Source: Parasitella parasitica NRRL 2501
Lineage: Eukaryota > Fungi > Mucoromycota
Direction: 5' to 3'
DNA: 64,000 bases
Assembly: GCA_025201805.1 (NCBI GenBank)
Contig: MU619349.1
Location: 43,000 to 106,999, forward strand
The notes under the pieces are model-generated. The model saw nothing but the letters and a program-made list of their open reading frames with translations. It ran no database searches and was not told the origin of the DNA. Of this stretch, positions 25,906 through 39,273 are shown in pieces (position 1 is the first letter of the stretch; every line of letters starts with the position of its first letter). The position numbers and the translations under genes are program-made.

Positions 25906-25928
25906 AGAGAGAGAGAGAGAGAGAGAGA
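25906..25928. repeat. (GA)n microsatellite
   Basis: Direct observation, immediately downstream of the MEF1 stop codon. Confidence 0.9.
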
Positions 25929-25941
25929 AAATCTATTATAT

Positions 25942-28319
25942 TTACTTGGCCTTGGCAGCCATTTCCTTTTTGTACTCTTGGATAAGGGTTTCTTGAACAT
26001 GAGTTTGAACGGGCTGATGGTCCTTGTATTCCATGGAGAATTCACCCTTGCCTTGAGTAGCAGATCTCAACTCGGTTGAATAGCCAAACATGTCATTAAG
26101 AGGGACGTCAGCCGTAACGTTAAAGTAGTCCTCTTGGATTTCAGTATCAACGACTGTACCCTTACGCTTGTTCAGGCCACCAATGACCGAACCTTGGAAT
26201 TCAATAGGAGCAGTGATGGCAACGTTCATGATGGGTTCCAAAATAGTAGGTCTGGCCTTGGCAAATGCTTCGCTGAAGGCATTCTTAGTAGCAATACGGA
26301 AAGCCAATTCGCTGGAATCAACGGCATGAGAAGCACCGTCTTCCAACACCATGCGGACGCCGTTAACAGGATGGCCAATCAAGGGGCCCTTATCAAGAGC
26401 ATCGTTGAAACCCTTTTCACAAGCAGGAATAAAGTTGGTAGGAATGTTGCCACCAATAACACGGTTATCGAATGCAGTATCCTTGCCGGTTTCTTCATCA
26501 CGGACCATAGGTTCAAGTTGGCCAACAACACGACCGTATTGGCCAGAACCACCAGATTGCTTCTTGTGTGTGTAGTTGAACTTTGCAGGTTGTGTGATAG
26601 TTTCACGGAAGGCGACGCGAGGTTTACCGGTTAAGCATTCGACATTGTATTCACGCTTCATGCGTTCTACGTAGATTTGCAAATGAAGCTCGCCCATACC
26701 TGAAATAATGGTTTCTTTGGACTCGGCATCGACATGTACGCGGAAAGTAGGGTCTTCCTTTTGGAAACGGTTCAATGCCTTGGAGAAATTAGGGGATTCC
26801 TTGCCTTTGGGCATAAGAGAAAGAGAGATGACAGGTTCAGGAACAAACATGGACGTCATGGTATACTGAAGGCTACCATCGGTGAAGGTGTCACCACTAG
26901 CACAGTCAACGCCAAACATAGCACCGATTTCACCAGCACCGAGCTCGTCAACATCTTCCATATCAGCAGCATGCATACGGACAAGACGGGGCACCTTGAT
27001 CTTCTTGCCAGTCTTGACATTGGTAATGAATGAACCCTTCTTCAAAGAACCTTGGTAAATACGCATATAAGTCAATTGACCGTAACGACCTTCTTCCAGT
27101 TTGAAAGCAAGGCCGACAAAAGGGCTGGTAGAATAGGGCTTCAAGTCAACCTTTTCCTCGCCTTTACTGATGTCCAAAGCGGTATTAGTTACTTCAGTGG
27201 GGTTGGGGAGATAGTCAATAACAGCATTCAGTAGGGGTTGCACGGCTGTGTTCTTGAAAGCAGAGCCCATCAGCACAGGTGTAAACTTTAGAGAAATAGT
27301 AGCACGACGAATAGCATCAACGAATTGCTCGGTGGTAGGCACCTCTTCCATCAAGTAGATGTCCGCAATTTCATCATCCACATTAGCCAGCTGTTCAATC
27401 AATTCATGGCGCTTTTCGGTAGCAAGGGGCATCAAATCTTCGGGAATGTCACGCTCAACCAAGTCTTGACCACTATCGCCTTCATTGTAGAACGCTTTCC
27501 ATCGAATAAGGTCCACGACACCATTAAAGTTATCTTCTGAACCAATAGGGATTTGCACAGCTGCAGCTGTCAATTTAAGCTTTTGTCGGAGTTGGTCAAT
27601 AATACGGAACGGGTTGGCACCAGCACGATCCATCTTGTTGATAAAGGAAATACGGGGAACATTATAACGACGCATCTGACGATCGACCGTGATCGTTTGA
27701 GATTGCACACCAGAAACAGAACATAAAATCATAACAGCACCATCCAACACACGCAACGCTCGCTCAACCTCAATAGTGAAATCAACATGGCCTAAGTCTC
27801 ATGCGTTAGAGGAGAGATTCTCAGTCAATGTGCAAATTAAATGTTCAAACATACCCGGCGTATCAATAATATTGATATTGTTATCGCCCCAACTAGCATA
27901 CGTAGCAGCTGATTGGATAGTAATACCCTTTTCTCTCTCTAAATCCATAGAATCCATCTTTGCTCCAACACCATCACGGCCACGCACATCATGGATTTCC
28001 TTGATACGACCAGTGTAATACAAAATACGTTCTGTACATGTTGTCTTTCCTGAATCAATGTGAGCAGAGATACCAATGTTGCGAAGCTTTTTAAGTCGTT
28101 CCTGATTTTTTGTTCAGTATATCCTCCCATTGTACTTTGCAATTAAGCACTACTTACAAGATCTTTGGCTTCCGTTTCAGATGATTGCCAGCGACGGCTG
28201 AGGCCAATGGGTAAAAGTGACAAAGTGCTTGATGGTGTTGCCTGCACAAAGGAAGCAGTAGCAGCCTTAAAAGACACCTTTCCCGGAATACCTCCAAGCA
28301 AGGAACGTACAAACGACAT
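25942..28319 (-). CDS. MEF1: Mitochondrial translation elongation factor G1
   Basis: Presequence [10 protein letters not shown]..., [25 protein letters not shown]-type motif, [24 protein letters not shown]; two introns. Confidence 0.95.
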
Positions 28320-28385
28320 GGTACGAATAATAAGGGTCCTGTAAATGCAATACAAGAGAGAAAGAAAGAAAGAAANNNNNNNNNN

Positions 28386-28450
<65 letters not shown>

Positions 28451-28609
28451 TGGGGGCATGTCAAATTAAAGCATACAGGGGGAGGCAGCCGGGAAAGGAA
28501 AGTGACGGTTCGAATAGGTTCCTTTCTGGATTGCTACACTTTACATGTCGTATGTCAAGCAGCACTAGAAGATTTTTATTGGTATTTACAGACATGTCAC
28601 TAAAAAGGA

Positions 28610-30073
28610 TTATTCGCTAGGCTTGTTGAGGACATTTATAGAATGGCCAACAACAAGCACAGCTGGTGCTCGGATTTCTTTTTCTTCGACTAGACTAGCC
28701 ATTGACTCTACTGTTCCAAACACAGTACGCTCTTCAGGACAGTTGGCATTTTCGATCCAGCAAACTGGGACATCTTGCGGATACAACCTATCCATCAGCA
28801 TCAAACGCAGTTCGGATGCTCTACCAACAGCCATTAGAACCACCAGGGTTTGCGTTGATCCAAACACAGGCAGGTCAGGCATAGATCCTTTGGTGCCTCG
28901 TCCAGTGGTAATGATGACTTGATCGGAAACGCCTCTGAATGTAACAGGGATCATGGCAGCCATTGGGGCAGAAAAAGCACTTGAAATGCCAGCAATTAAT
29001 TCTGGCTCATATCCATGCTTACGGAACCAGATGATTTCCTCGCCGCCTCTTCCAAACAACAGTGGGTCGCCAATCTTGAGCCTGACAACATGCAACCCCT
29101 TCTCGAGGCCATCCAGGCACCACTGCATTAGCTCCTCCTGTGCTTCGTCTGATTTGCCAGTAAATTTACGAGCAATGCGCAACTCGCCCTGCACTAGATC
29201 CAAAATTTGACTAGGAATCAATCGATCGCTAATGACTAAATCAGCTTCCTCTAAAAGACGCTTGGCCTTCACCGTTATCAATTCTGGATCGCCCGGTCCA
29301 CCGCCAATCAAGGCAATACGAGGCTTCTTGTTTGATGACACAATAGCATCAATGTCGGGTACGCCGCCCACAATGAAATATTCCTTCAATTTGTCAAAGG
29401 CAGCCTCTTGCTGCTCTTGTGTCTTGAGGTCATTCAATCGAACCATGCCCTTCAATCCCCATTTATCGCAGACCTTGGTAACCCAAGTCATACGCTTGCC
29501 TGAATTCTTCATTTCGGGCTCCCATTCTCTTACTTTGGCACGCAGTTTGCCCATCATTTGGATCGTGTCGCCCATATGGTCTGGCAATGCATTGGCAGCA
29601 GCTACACGAACCATGTTTGCCAGCTTGGGCCCTTTGCCGTTAGTGGAAACTGCGATTTGAAGAGGCCCATCACGATGTTGAGACATAAAGTAAAAATCAC
29701 ACATGGGAGGTACATCGGCAACGTTCACAGGAATACGTCTGTCGCGACACAAGTTGCCAATTCTTAGTGATTCTTCGTGATCGTCTAAAGCTGTCAAAAC
29801 CATGTCCACACCTTCCAAATCGCCGTCGATGAAGTTGCGATCTCTCCACTCCACTTCTTTGTTCTCAATACGAAATTTAACCTCCTCGTGGAGCCCTGCT
29901 TCAGGAGACACAACAATGACTTGGGCATCAGCGATCTTGAGAGAAACGATGCGTTGGGCAGCAACGTTGCCGCCGCCTACGATGAGGACTCTTTTGTCTG
30001 CAATCTGATAAGCAACCACAAGAGACCCGCCGCCTTGAATTGTTTCAAAGTTAGGCGTATTTATTTCAGACAT
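28610..30073 (-). CDS. MET1: Siroheme synthase: Met8-like dehydrogenase/ferrochelatase fused to uroporphyrinogen-III C-methyltransferase (CysG-type)
   Basis: N-terminal VLIVGGGNVA, VNVADVPPMCDFYF and IAVSTNGKGP; C-terminal GGGPGDPELITVKA, RLKIGDPLLFGRGGEE and AGISSA; intronless. Confidence 0.9.
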   Translation of the reverse strand: MSEINTPNFETIQGGGSLVVAYQIADKRVLIVGGGNVAAQRIVSLKIADAQVIVVSPEAGLHEEVKFRIENKEVEWRDRNFIDGDLEGVDMVLTALDDHEESLRIGNLCRDRRIPVNVADVPPMCDFYFMSQHRDGPLQIAVSTNGKGPKLANMVRVAAANALPDHMGDTIQMMGKLRAKVREWEPEMKNSGKRMTWVTKVCDKWGLKGMVRLNDLKTQEQQEAAFDKLKEYFIVGGVPDIDAIVSSNKKPRIALIGGGPGDPELITVKAKRLLEEADLVISDRLIPSQILDLVQGELRIARKFTGKSDEAQEELMQWCLDGLEKGLHVVRLKIGDPLLFGRGGEEIIWFRKHGYEPELIAGISSAFSAPMAAMIPVTFRGVSDQVIITTGRGTKGSMPDLPVFGSTQTLVVLMAVGRASELRLMLMDRLYPQDVPVCWIENANCPEERTVFGTVESMASLVEEKEIRAPAVLVVGHSINVLNKPSE

Positions 30074-30609
30074 GAGTGATGTGTGTTTGTAAGAACAAGA
30101 GGGAAATGAATAAAAAGATGAGATATGGAAAGTGATGATGGCCAACTAGAGTCCAGAAAAGCAAATGATGTGCTTTATCGGAGATTGTCCTTCCCATGCA
30201 GTATTTACCACTCTGCGGTATTTCTTAGACTCCTCAGTTATATACAGTCTCTTCAAGGTTTCTGGGGAAAAAAAGTTCAAGTAAATGACAGATGTCACGG
30301 TGTTTGTGATAATATATTAGGGTTTCTGACAAAGCTAAGAAGTTTCCGAGAGAAGTGAAATGTCTGCCTAAGGATATTTCAAGTAGATACATAAAGTATT
30401 AAATAAGCTTAAATATTTAGACAAGTCTATAGAATTACAAAGGTATTTAAACTAACTTACAAAACCATCCAAGTATCAAAGTATCAAAGTGCATACTTCA
30501 GTAAGGCATGAAGTTGTACGTATCTATCAAATTATGCATTTACACAATGGCAGTTTATCCCTGAATCTAAGTTTAAACCAACCACTTCATTTTGTTTTCT
30601 CCTTCAACT

Positions 30610-31746
30610 ACATGTCTTTTCAAAAATCATGGCATGTTCAGGCAAATGCCAATCTCTATTTTTCTAACTTTGCATTATCATTTTATGCTGATCTGTCAAG
30701 TCAGCATATCCAACATCAAAAAAGAATATGCAGTCAGGACTCGTTATAACGGACGGGTTGGTGTACAGAAATGTGTTTGGTATAGCGATACTCTACAGTA
30801 CAGTGTCTGGTACCTGGAATCTACCAGAAGCTTATATGAACCTTAGCGTTTGTTAGTAAAATTACCCTCAACCTTAATCCCAACCTCCAGATTACTTTCT
30901 ATTTTACATGTTTGGCATTAGAATTACAAAAAAAGGAAATCATGAACTGAAAATAAGTATTATTATAAGCAACAATCGCAATAGGGCTTCTCTGTCACTA
31001 GCAATTAGCGGCTTTTGTGAATTATTCACAAATAACAAGAGGTTATTACAGCAAAAGATTGTATTCATTAATTATCTTCTTCTGCTTCCAACTCAATGAG
31101 CCACATCATTTTATTATGAAGAAGCGTATACTTGTGGCATCAAAAATACTTACTTTATAGAGCTGCGCCATGTATTAGAATTGATATTGGCGTAGTATTA
31201 TCTTCAGATAGATGGTTTTTACAGCTAAAAAATCAAGAACTTTAGCTTTGTGTGCCATTTTTTGATTGATTTTCATAATCAAAGATGCCCTGAAAACACC
31301 AGAAATAGTATCCATTGAGAAACAACTATATTATATATGATTTTGGTGCAATTTGAGCATGATTTTTTTTTTCGATGCAAAATCATGGATTTTTTCGATT
31401 TTTTCCTTGTATCCACACATCCGAAATCATCGGTTATGCATTATTCTCGATTTTGACCTCAAAAATGCAAATTTCTACTATATCATATATTAGAGGAAAA
31501 TGATCGTAAAAGGTCATTCCTTGATCTGAAAGACTAGAAATGCGCCCTCCATAAGCAAAATATTGACTTTTCCCTCTTGATCTGCTTTTGAGGTTTTCTT
31601 AGCAAAACTTCTTCCATAAGCATACGGGGATTATGAAATGATACCATCGTGTAGAGCGCCCAAAAATACAGCTATTATCATAGACTGACAGCCGTGGTAT
31701 GTATAGTATCAGAAGATGATATCTTGCCTTAAAAAAGTAATTTTGT
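30610..31746 (+). repeat. Dispersed ~1.15-kb non-coding repeat, copy 1 (probable transposon segment)
   Basis: Colinear and highly similar to 62059-63213. Contains CAGTCAGGACTCGTTATAACGG at 30731. Confidence 0.9.
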
Positions 31747-32759
31747 CTTCGAATTTGCCAAATCGAGTTTTTGGAAGAATTATTCCTTTCTGATTTTGGA
31801 CTCATTAATTCTCCGCTATCAAAGAAAAATGGTATTTTTTTTTTGAAGAAAGCAATAGCTTACCCAGTTCAAAAGGAAAACAATTGAAACTTAATTTATT
31901 TAAATGATGTGTTTCTTGGCTCTCCAATGGTAGTACTTATGTCTGTACCTGACCTGACGAGCTCACGCTCTGATTTTGAAAAATAGTTTCCCGAAAAAAG
32001 CCAGTAAAGACGCTACCTTCATCTGATATTAACTTGAAAAAAGTACAATTGCTTGCTCTAAGCTATGCAAATTTGCAATAAAAAGGTGCCTTATAGTCTA
32101 ATGCATTACTTTGGATTACTTGTTTTTGTGCTTGAGATTTCCAAACATTGTTTTATTACAGTTTTTGTCTTTTTTTCTGACAGTAACACACTGAAGTTCG
32201 CGTAGACCCAAAAAAAACAGGCACCTAATAGTACTGTATCTACGCTGGCTTTACAAAGACTCAAACTTTTGAACTGTTCCAATACAATTATGGAAAAGAT
32301 GGCACAGGTTTGACTAGCTTTCCTACTGTGCAACTGGATATACAGAACCCAGCTTAGTACTTGTCTGACAAGACCTTTTACACTAGAAGACGCCAGGTCA
32401 ACTGAAGGTATAAGAAATTGCCAGAGAAAAGGAAACAATCTGCCACCAGGATAACACACTCATTCATAACAAATTATCTGCATAGAATCTCACGAAATCT
32501 CAAGGACATAAATGTGTTTATCTTCAACTTTCTCTCCATTCCTGAATCCAATTAAAGGTTTTTGATCCAAAGTCAACAGACACATTTACACCCAGAATCA
32601 CAAATGCTTGTCATTAGACAACCGTAGCCTTTTTCAAAAATTACCTTTAACTTAAAGACAATATATTTTTTCTTGTATTTTCACTATGAATGAACAAAGC
32701 AATTACTCTTTTTCTCTAAATATGGAAATGAGGCAATCTACAACCTACCATGAACCTAA

Positions 32760-34330
32760 TCTTCATCAATCATCTTTTGGATGTCGAGTCGGATAGAGCT
32801 CAGTATGGAGGAGGGCACAAAGGGTTGTTGGTTGAAAGCTAAACGATAGTGAGCCTTCCAAATATTAGCCATCGTGAGAAGAACTATGAGATGAGAGGGG
32901 GCCTGGGGCTTTTGACTATATCGAATGGGATAAAAATCGAGGGAGAGGAGAGAAGTTTGAACGTCTTTGACATCGACCGTGGGCCAAAGGAATTCTGTGA
33001 TAATATTCTGCCATACGAGAGCTTTGGGGGTGCAGGAGAACAGAAAATGATCAACAGAATCAATGGTACTGACAAAGACCTACCATAATGCATTTGAGGA
33101 TCCGGTTTTAGCTTCCGGATAAAGGTAGCGACAAAATTACTTCTTTGTTGTGTGTGCTTTGTATAAGCGGAAAACCAAGGTATATCAGCGGTTCAGGATC
33201 GTGGGCGGTATGCAGTTGCTGGATGCGCATTTCCTGCAGTTTTCGGTTCCAGAACCGGCCAGTATCTCGACCTTGTGGAATCGAGCATTTGAGGCTCGAT
33301 AAAACAGGTCCATGTAATATTTTAGAAGACGTAGATCTTGTCGATCGTGCACAAATACTAGAGCATCATCTACATAACAGAGAATCTTGGTGGTGATTAA
33401 AGCAGGAGCGGCTGACGTATGTTGCGATTGCACTTGGTATCCGTGGAAATCAGGATCTTGAAGGATACTTTGTAAAAAAGGGTTCAAACGCCAAATCGTA
33501 GCAGATGCATGAAAAAGGGTCTCCTTGCTTAAAACCACGCAGCTTTCGCACTTCTTCTGTAAAATATCCATTGATATTTATACGGATGCGGTTCAAGGCC
33601 ATGAGATTGTAGAGACATTGGACGATACTAGGAGGAAATCCAAAACGGTTGAGGACAGCTCGGAAGTATGCCAGGTTGACCCGGTCATAGGCCTTCTTTT
33701 GATCGAGGAGGAGACCTATATCTTTGTCAAGGAAGGCCATAGAGTCACTCTGTTCAGCAATGGTCCATCGGCGCTCTGCATCCTCCATAATGATTTGACA
33801 GCGTAAACCATTTTCTGCCTGGTATAAAGCCAATTTGATTCTCATTAAATCAGCTTGGGAGAGACTGTCATCATCTGTTGGTTCAGCACCTTTGTGAAGC
33901 ATTTGTAATCACAGTTCGCAAGACTGAGAGGGCGATAGTTGCCCATGGCCTTTGGAATCACCTTTTTTTTCTTCAAAAGCGTCATGATGGAATCATTCCA
34001 CGAGCCGAGAAAGATCGCCTGATCCAGTGCATCATTGAAGACTTTCAATATCAATGGCTTGTAAGGAGGGTAGCGCATAACAAGGTTCAGAATTTCGAAT
34101 GGGAGACCGTCAGACCCAGGACTAGAGTGACGAGGGGATGACTTGAGTATCTCCAAGATATTATCGAAGTCGATCTCTGAGGTCAGTAAAGAACGATCAT
34201 CTGAATCGAGGTGAACTTCAGCTGGGATAGCCGAAAGAAGCTCTTGGATGACTGTGGGATCGACGACATCTGGCTGGAATAAGTCTGTATAGTGCTCCTG
34301 TGCATCGCCGGTGCTGGGATGATAAGCGTA
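32760..34330 (-). mobile_element. Degenerate non-LTR (L1/Tx1-like) retrotransposon reverse transcriptase fragment
   Basis: Frameshifted pieces SPGSDGLPFE, NYRPLSLANCDYK, LLLDQKKAYDRVN, GFKQGDPFS, CYVDD and RYLGFPL. Confidence 0.9.
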
Positions 34331-34542
34331 TCATCGACCATGGTGTAAATACATCATGCACTTTATCGACTGCTTTTCATACCTTGTGGCTTTCCGAACT
34401 TCAGAAGTGAATGTATTTCTTTTTTTTTTTTTTTTGTATGTGGTGTGTATATGTGTGTTCTTGGTTTACTTGATAGATACAACAGATACACACATCAAAC
34501 AAACAAACGACCGAAAATTACTACACACTAATACAACAACTA

Positions 34543-36970
34543 ATGTCTTTTCAGCTAAAGTCGAGCACCAAAAATGCACATTTACTAAGCAGTGTTATTA
34601 GTCTGTACATGTCAAATGACGATGTGATCCATCAAAACTTGTCTTTTATTCTGGACACTATTGTCAACCATCGCCTCTTTCATGAAACGTTCAGCGATGA
34701 ACCTAATGAAGAGCTAGCAGCAGTGTATAGAAAGTGGACTGTGCGGTTGAATGCGCTCTTGCAGTCTAAAAATTCGGCTGCTCGCTGGTGTGGCATCACA
34801 CTTGTACGAGCTACATGTGAAAACTCGCACCATTTACTTGTTGCAAATGCAAAGACATGGAGCGCACAATTGCTGGGTTTTGTTGGAAAAGTAACAGAGC
34901 CTGTTGCTATTCACCAAGATTGCATAAAAACGCTTTCATTCTTGTTTTCGTACACAATTGACAAGCCTGAATTGCAGAGAGAAGTTGCCACGCCGAATTT
35001 ACAACGCTACAACCAACTTTTGCTTCAATTGGGCCGCAAGCAAGATTTATTGGATACAGTGCTTTATGCATTAACGGTCAATGTGAAAACCTTTCCTGCC
35101 ACCGCCAGACATATATCAGACCAATGCCTCCAGCTTTGCCTGTCTTGTTTGGATGGATCACGGGACTTGGATGACAAGACTATGAAAGAGGCTAATAAAT
35201 GCCTGGCTTCGTTATACAATGCTAGTAGCAAATCTATGATGGCAGAGCAGTGGGCAGACGGTGTCTCTCGCCTGATTGGGTCAGTGCATGAATGTTTGAA
35301 TAGACTCTTTGACTCTGTGGATGAGGAAACTCAAGAGACCGAATTGCCAAAACCATATCCCTTCCTTGCTGTGTCAACAGATTACGTCGATGCTTTCCCG
35401 GTTTTAGTAAAGCGTATTCAGCTCGTTCAAGATTGCATCTGTACCTTTTTGACGTAAGTTTGATACTGATTATCGAAAAGCTCGGCTAACGTGGTGCTGC
35501 ATTAATATAGAACTTCGACTCCAATTGTTGTTGGTGTCCCTGTCGTGCCTCTAGTTGACCTTATCTGCCGTATTTACAATGTTTATGAAGGATCACTGGC
35601 AAGTCGTCCTGTGTGATATGAAGACGTTGGTTGAAGCTAACAGCTTATTTTCCTCATAGATGAGAGACTACAAGGACAAGAGTGAGTTTGTCTCATTGAT
35701 GATGTGCCTTCCTTCCATTCACTTGAGCACAAGTAAACTGCTTGCTAGTCTGTTGTATTGGTAGGTATCAGATCATCAATCATTAATTAAAAAAAAAAAA
35801 CCTGACACAATTGACAGTTCAGGGCAAGAAATGATGCGATACAGCAAACTATTCTCGAGAATCCTACTGCGTCTTTTAAGCGAGCACAAGCAGAAACGAG
35901 CATTGAAAACTTCTGTATACAAGCTAATTGGTCTGTGCTTGCAGAAATGTGGTTATGTATTTGCAGAAATTATCCACAAACCATTGATTGCATCGATTGT
36001 GGAAGATTTGCAGATAATAGAAAAAAAATCTGCTAGCTTTGCTGTTGCAAACACCCAGCAAAAGAAATCACACAAAAAGAGAAGAACTGACGTAACCAAT
36101 TCTGACGCTTTATCAAGTAAACTTGTCTCTGCAGCCTCTACAGAAGTTCAGATTTCAGCTCTGCAAACGCTCGCTGCACTTTTAGAGGTCTTTGGATTTG
36201 CTATGGAGAATGGCCAGAGAGCCTCTGTAGATAGTACTGTATTAGGCAGACTTATTCAAATCATTCAGCCTACCGATATGACTGATGAGGAGGTCATTTT
36301 GGTCAAAGCTGAACTTTACCAATGCTTAATCTCGTCTGTGACACATCCCATCGAAACTCAAGCCAGCATTCTGCCTCATTCATCTCGCCTCTTTTCAGCT
36401 GGTATTAATGATCAGTCTCATCAGCTTCAAGCCATTTGTAAGAAGGGCTTGAGTATATGCGATCTTATCATGCATTCTAGGCTGCCTCCCATTCAACGTG
36501 TATTGCCAAAGTCTTCTCCTGCTACTATCATCACAGCTCAAGAGACTGTGGACAATGATGAAAAATATGGCGTCAAAGAGGAGCAAAAAAAACTTGTCGA
36601 CGAAAACATCATCATGGAAGAACAAAAGGACACTGTTATTGAAAAGGCGGTGCAAAAAGTCGCCGCTGTTCAATCTGCCAATGTGCCAATCATGTCTGTC
36701 ACTTTACCGCCCGTTGTTGAAAAGGCTACAGTAGAGATCTCCCAGGAAATTACTGTGCAAGAAACGCCTGCTCCTGTGTTCAAACCCGCCATATTGGAGC
36801 CAGTCATCGAAAAGCAGCAAACCACGGAAATAGCCATCTCCACGGCATCTATAGCACATGCTCCTTCCAAAGAAATTCCATCGGCAAAAGCAGATGATGA
36901 CATGGATATGGACATGGAAATGCCAATGATTGACATGGCTGGACCTGACAGCGACGATGATGATGAATAA
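34543..36970 (+). CDS. RIX1: Pre-rRNA processing protein Rix1/PELP1
   Basis: RLNALLQSK...RWCGITLV, PELQREVATPNL, DLIMHSRLPPI and an acidic C-terminus; four exons. Confidence 0.85.
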
Positions 36971-37162
36971 ATGTAATCGTAAATGGTAGTACAGTATATG
37001 ATAGATCTTTTTTTTGTTGATGAATAAATATTCCATCCAAGCGCTTATTTAAAAACAAAAGCTTATAAATTGCAACATGTTTAAACAAGAACTCTGCCCT
37101 TCTTTTTTTCTTCAAATTTCGCCCCCCTCCCCCCTCCCGCCTCCTCTTTCAAAGCTGACAAA

Positions 37163-38721
37163 ATGCTGCAAGCTTTTCTTGATTCTATTACAAAGCCATC
37201 AGAGCTTTCTGCCCTGTTCAAATATAAATTCGCTCCTAAATCTGCCTCAGCCCAACGCCTTCAGCAGACTTTAGCAACGGACGCGTCCAAGAAACGCTGC
37301 TACGACTTTTTAAACATGGTAACAAAAATCTGCAGGTTGATATTTTGAGGGATGGAGGGCCAACTTTTTTTTTTTTTCCCATTGCATTAGACATCAAGAA
37401 GCTTTGCTGCTGTTATCCAAGAATTAGATGAGCAACTTAGAGACGCTGTAAATCATCACTACGGCCGCATCAAACGAAGCAACTAACGAGAAACTTGTGT
37501 AGGTTTGTTTATTCTATCTCATTTTGCGTGGTTTGGACACAATTGAAGATGACATGACCTTGGATTTGGATAGAAAAGTTGGATTGCTAAAGTCTTTTGA
37601 TCAAATTATCTATAAAAAGGGTTGGACATTTAATGAAAGTAAGTCCTAGCTTGGTTTCCCAGGCAACATGTGCTCAAGCCAATCATTTAGATGGCCCCAA
37701 CGAGAAAGATCGTGCTCTGCTGGTTCATTTCGACGTCGTTATCGATGAATTCCTTCGTCTCAAACCTGAATTTCAAGACGTCATTGCGAATATCACTAAA
37801 TTAATGGGTAATGGTATGGCTGATTATGCTACTGGTGAGCATCGTGAGAACACCTCTGTTGCTACCATCAAGGATTTTGATCTGTATTGCCATTATGTTG
37901 CGGGTCTCGTTGGCTATGGCCTCTCGGACCTCTTTGCCGCTTCGGGTCTTGAATCCGAGGAGATTGCAAAGGACAAGGATTTGTCTAATTCAATGGGCCT
38001 TTTCTTGCAAAAGACCAATATTATTCGTGATTATCGAGAGGATTTAGACGATGGCCGTCAGTTCTGGCCTCGTGAGATTTGGGGTAAATATGCCGACAAG
38101 TTTAATGATTTCATCAAGCCTGAAAACAAGTTGAAGGTAAGCGTTTTTTTCGTTTTCTGTTTCTCCATTTGACATTAAAACAAGATTTCCCGGATCTAGG
38201 CACAATATTGTTTGAGTAACATGGTTTTGAATGTCTTGAATGACGTTCCTCAAGTTCTCACTTACCTCTCAAAGCTCAGAAATCAATCCGTCTTCAACTT
38301 TTGTGCGATCCCTCAAGTCATGGCCATCTCTACACTTGCATTAGTGTTCAATAACCTTGATATCTATCAGCGTAACATCAAGATTCGTAAGGGAGAGGCT
38401 GTAAAGTTGATTTTGGATAGTACAGATATGGACAATGTTGTTTCTATCTTTCGAAAATATGTATTCGAGATTTCTAGAAAGAATGAGGCAACAGATCCCA
38501 ACTTCATGGAGATTTCTATGGCTATTGGAAGAGTAAGTTTTGTTTACGTATAAATTTCGTGTGGGGGGTACTGACATGCAAGATAGATTGAACAATGGAT
38601 TGCTGCCAACTACAAGCCTTCCCCTCGTGCCCTTCAAAAGGCTCAGCAACCCAACCTACTTATACCCATCATCTTGGGTCTTATTGGCGTTCTTTTTGTC
38701 AACTATTTCAAGAATATCTAA
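37163..38721 (+). CDS. ERG9: Squalene synthase
   Basis: TSRSFAAVIQEL, LRGLDTIEDDM, YCHYVAGLVG, MGLFLQKTNIIRDYRED, FCAIPQVMAI and a C-terminal TM anchor; multi-exon. Confidence 0.95.
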
Positions 38722-39273
38722 AACACATCAACATCATACAAACAAGAAAATGAAGACATCCAAAGTTCCTGAAATTACACCACTTTATTCCTATATAATT
38801 AATACTTTACATCCCCATTTAGAAATGACTTGATTGATTAATGACACGTTTGAATATATATAAGAAGAGGGTTCCATGTTGTGAGGTTGTAATGCATTAC
38901 ATGATTTTTTAAGAAAAAAATGACTCGAATACATTTGTAAAGGCATAATTAGAGTTGTCGATGAAAAGATAACAGGATCAGAATATATATACATTATGCT
39001 CAAATACTCTGATTGCAAGCATCAATGTTCAAATGTTTTGTGAGAGTCTTTTTAGGATGCAAAATGGCATTGGCGCCTTTACTCGAAAATGTGTCTGTAA
39101 AAGTCAATGGGATCGGCATCATTTTATTCTGCAGCATCATAGCTTGGCCGACGTCGTAGCCCGATCAAAGTCAAAATACAATATATTGACGCATTTGAAA
39201 AAAAAGATCCTTGTTGTTTCATTAGAGGAGGAAGATTTGATAGTTGTAGCAATTTGATGATGGATCTAAGGAT

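Noticed and set aside
26134-27540. Antisense ORFs over MEF1 (likewise over RPS24, MET1, the sulfotransferase-like gene and others)
   Set aside because: Shadow ORFs caused by codon bias of the real gene on the opposite strand; no recognisable motifs.
32240-32490. Broken plus-strand reading frame between the repeat and the LINE relic
   Set aside because: No recognisable domain; probably transposon debris.
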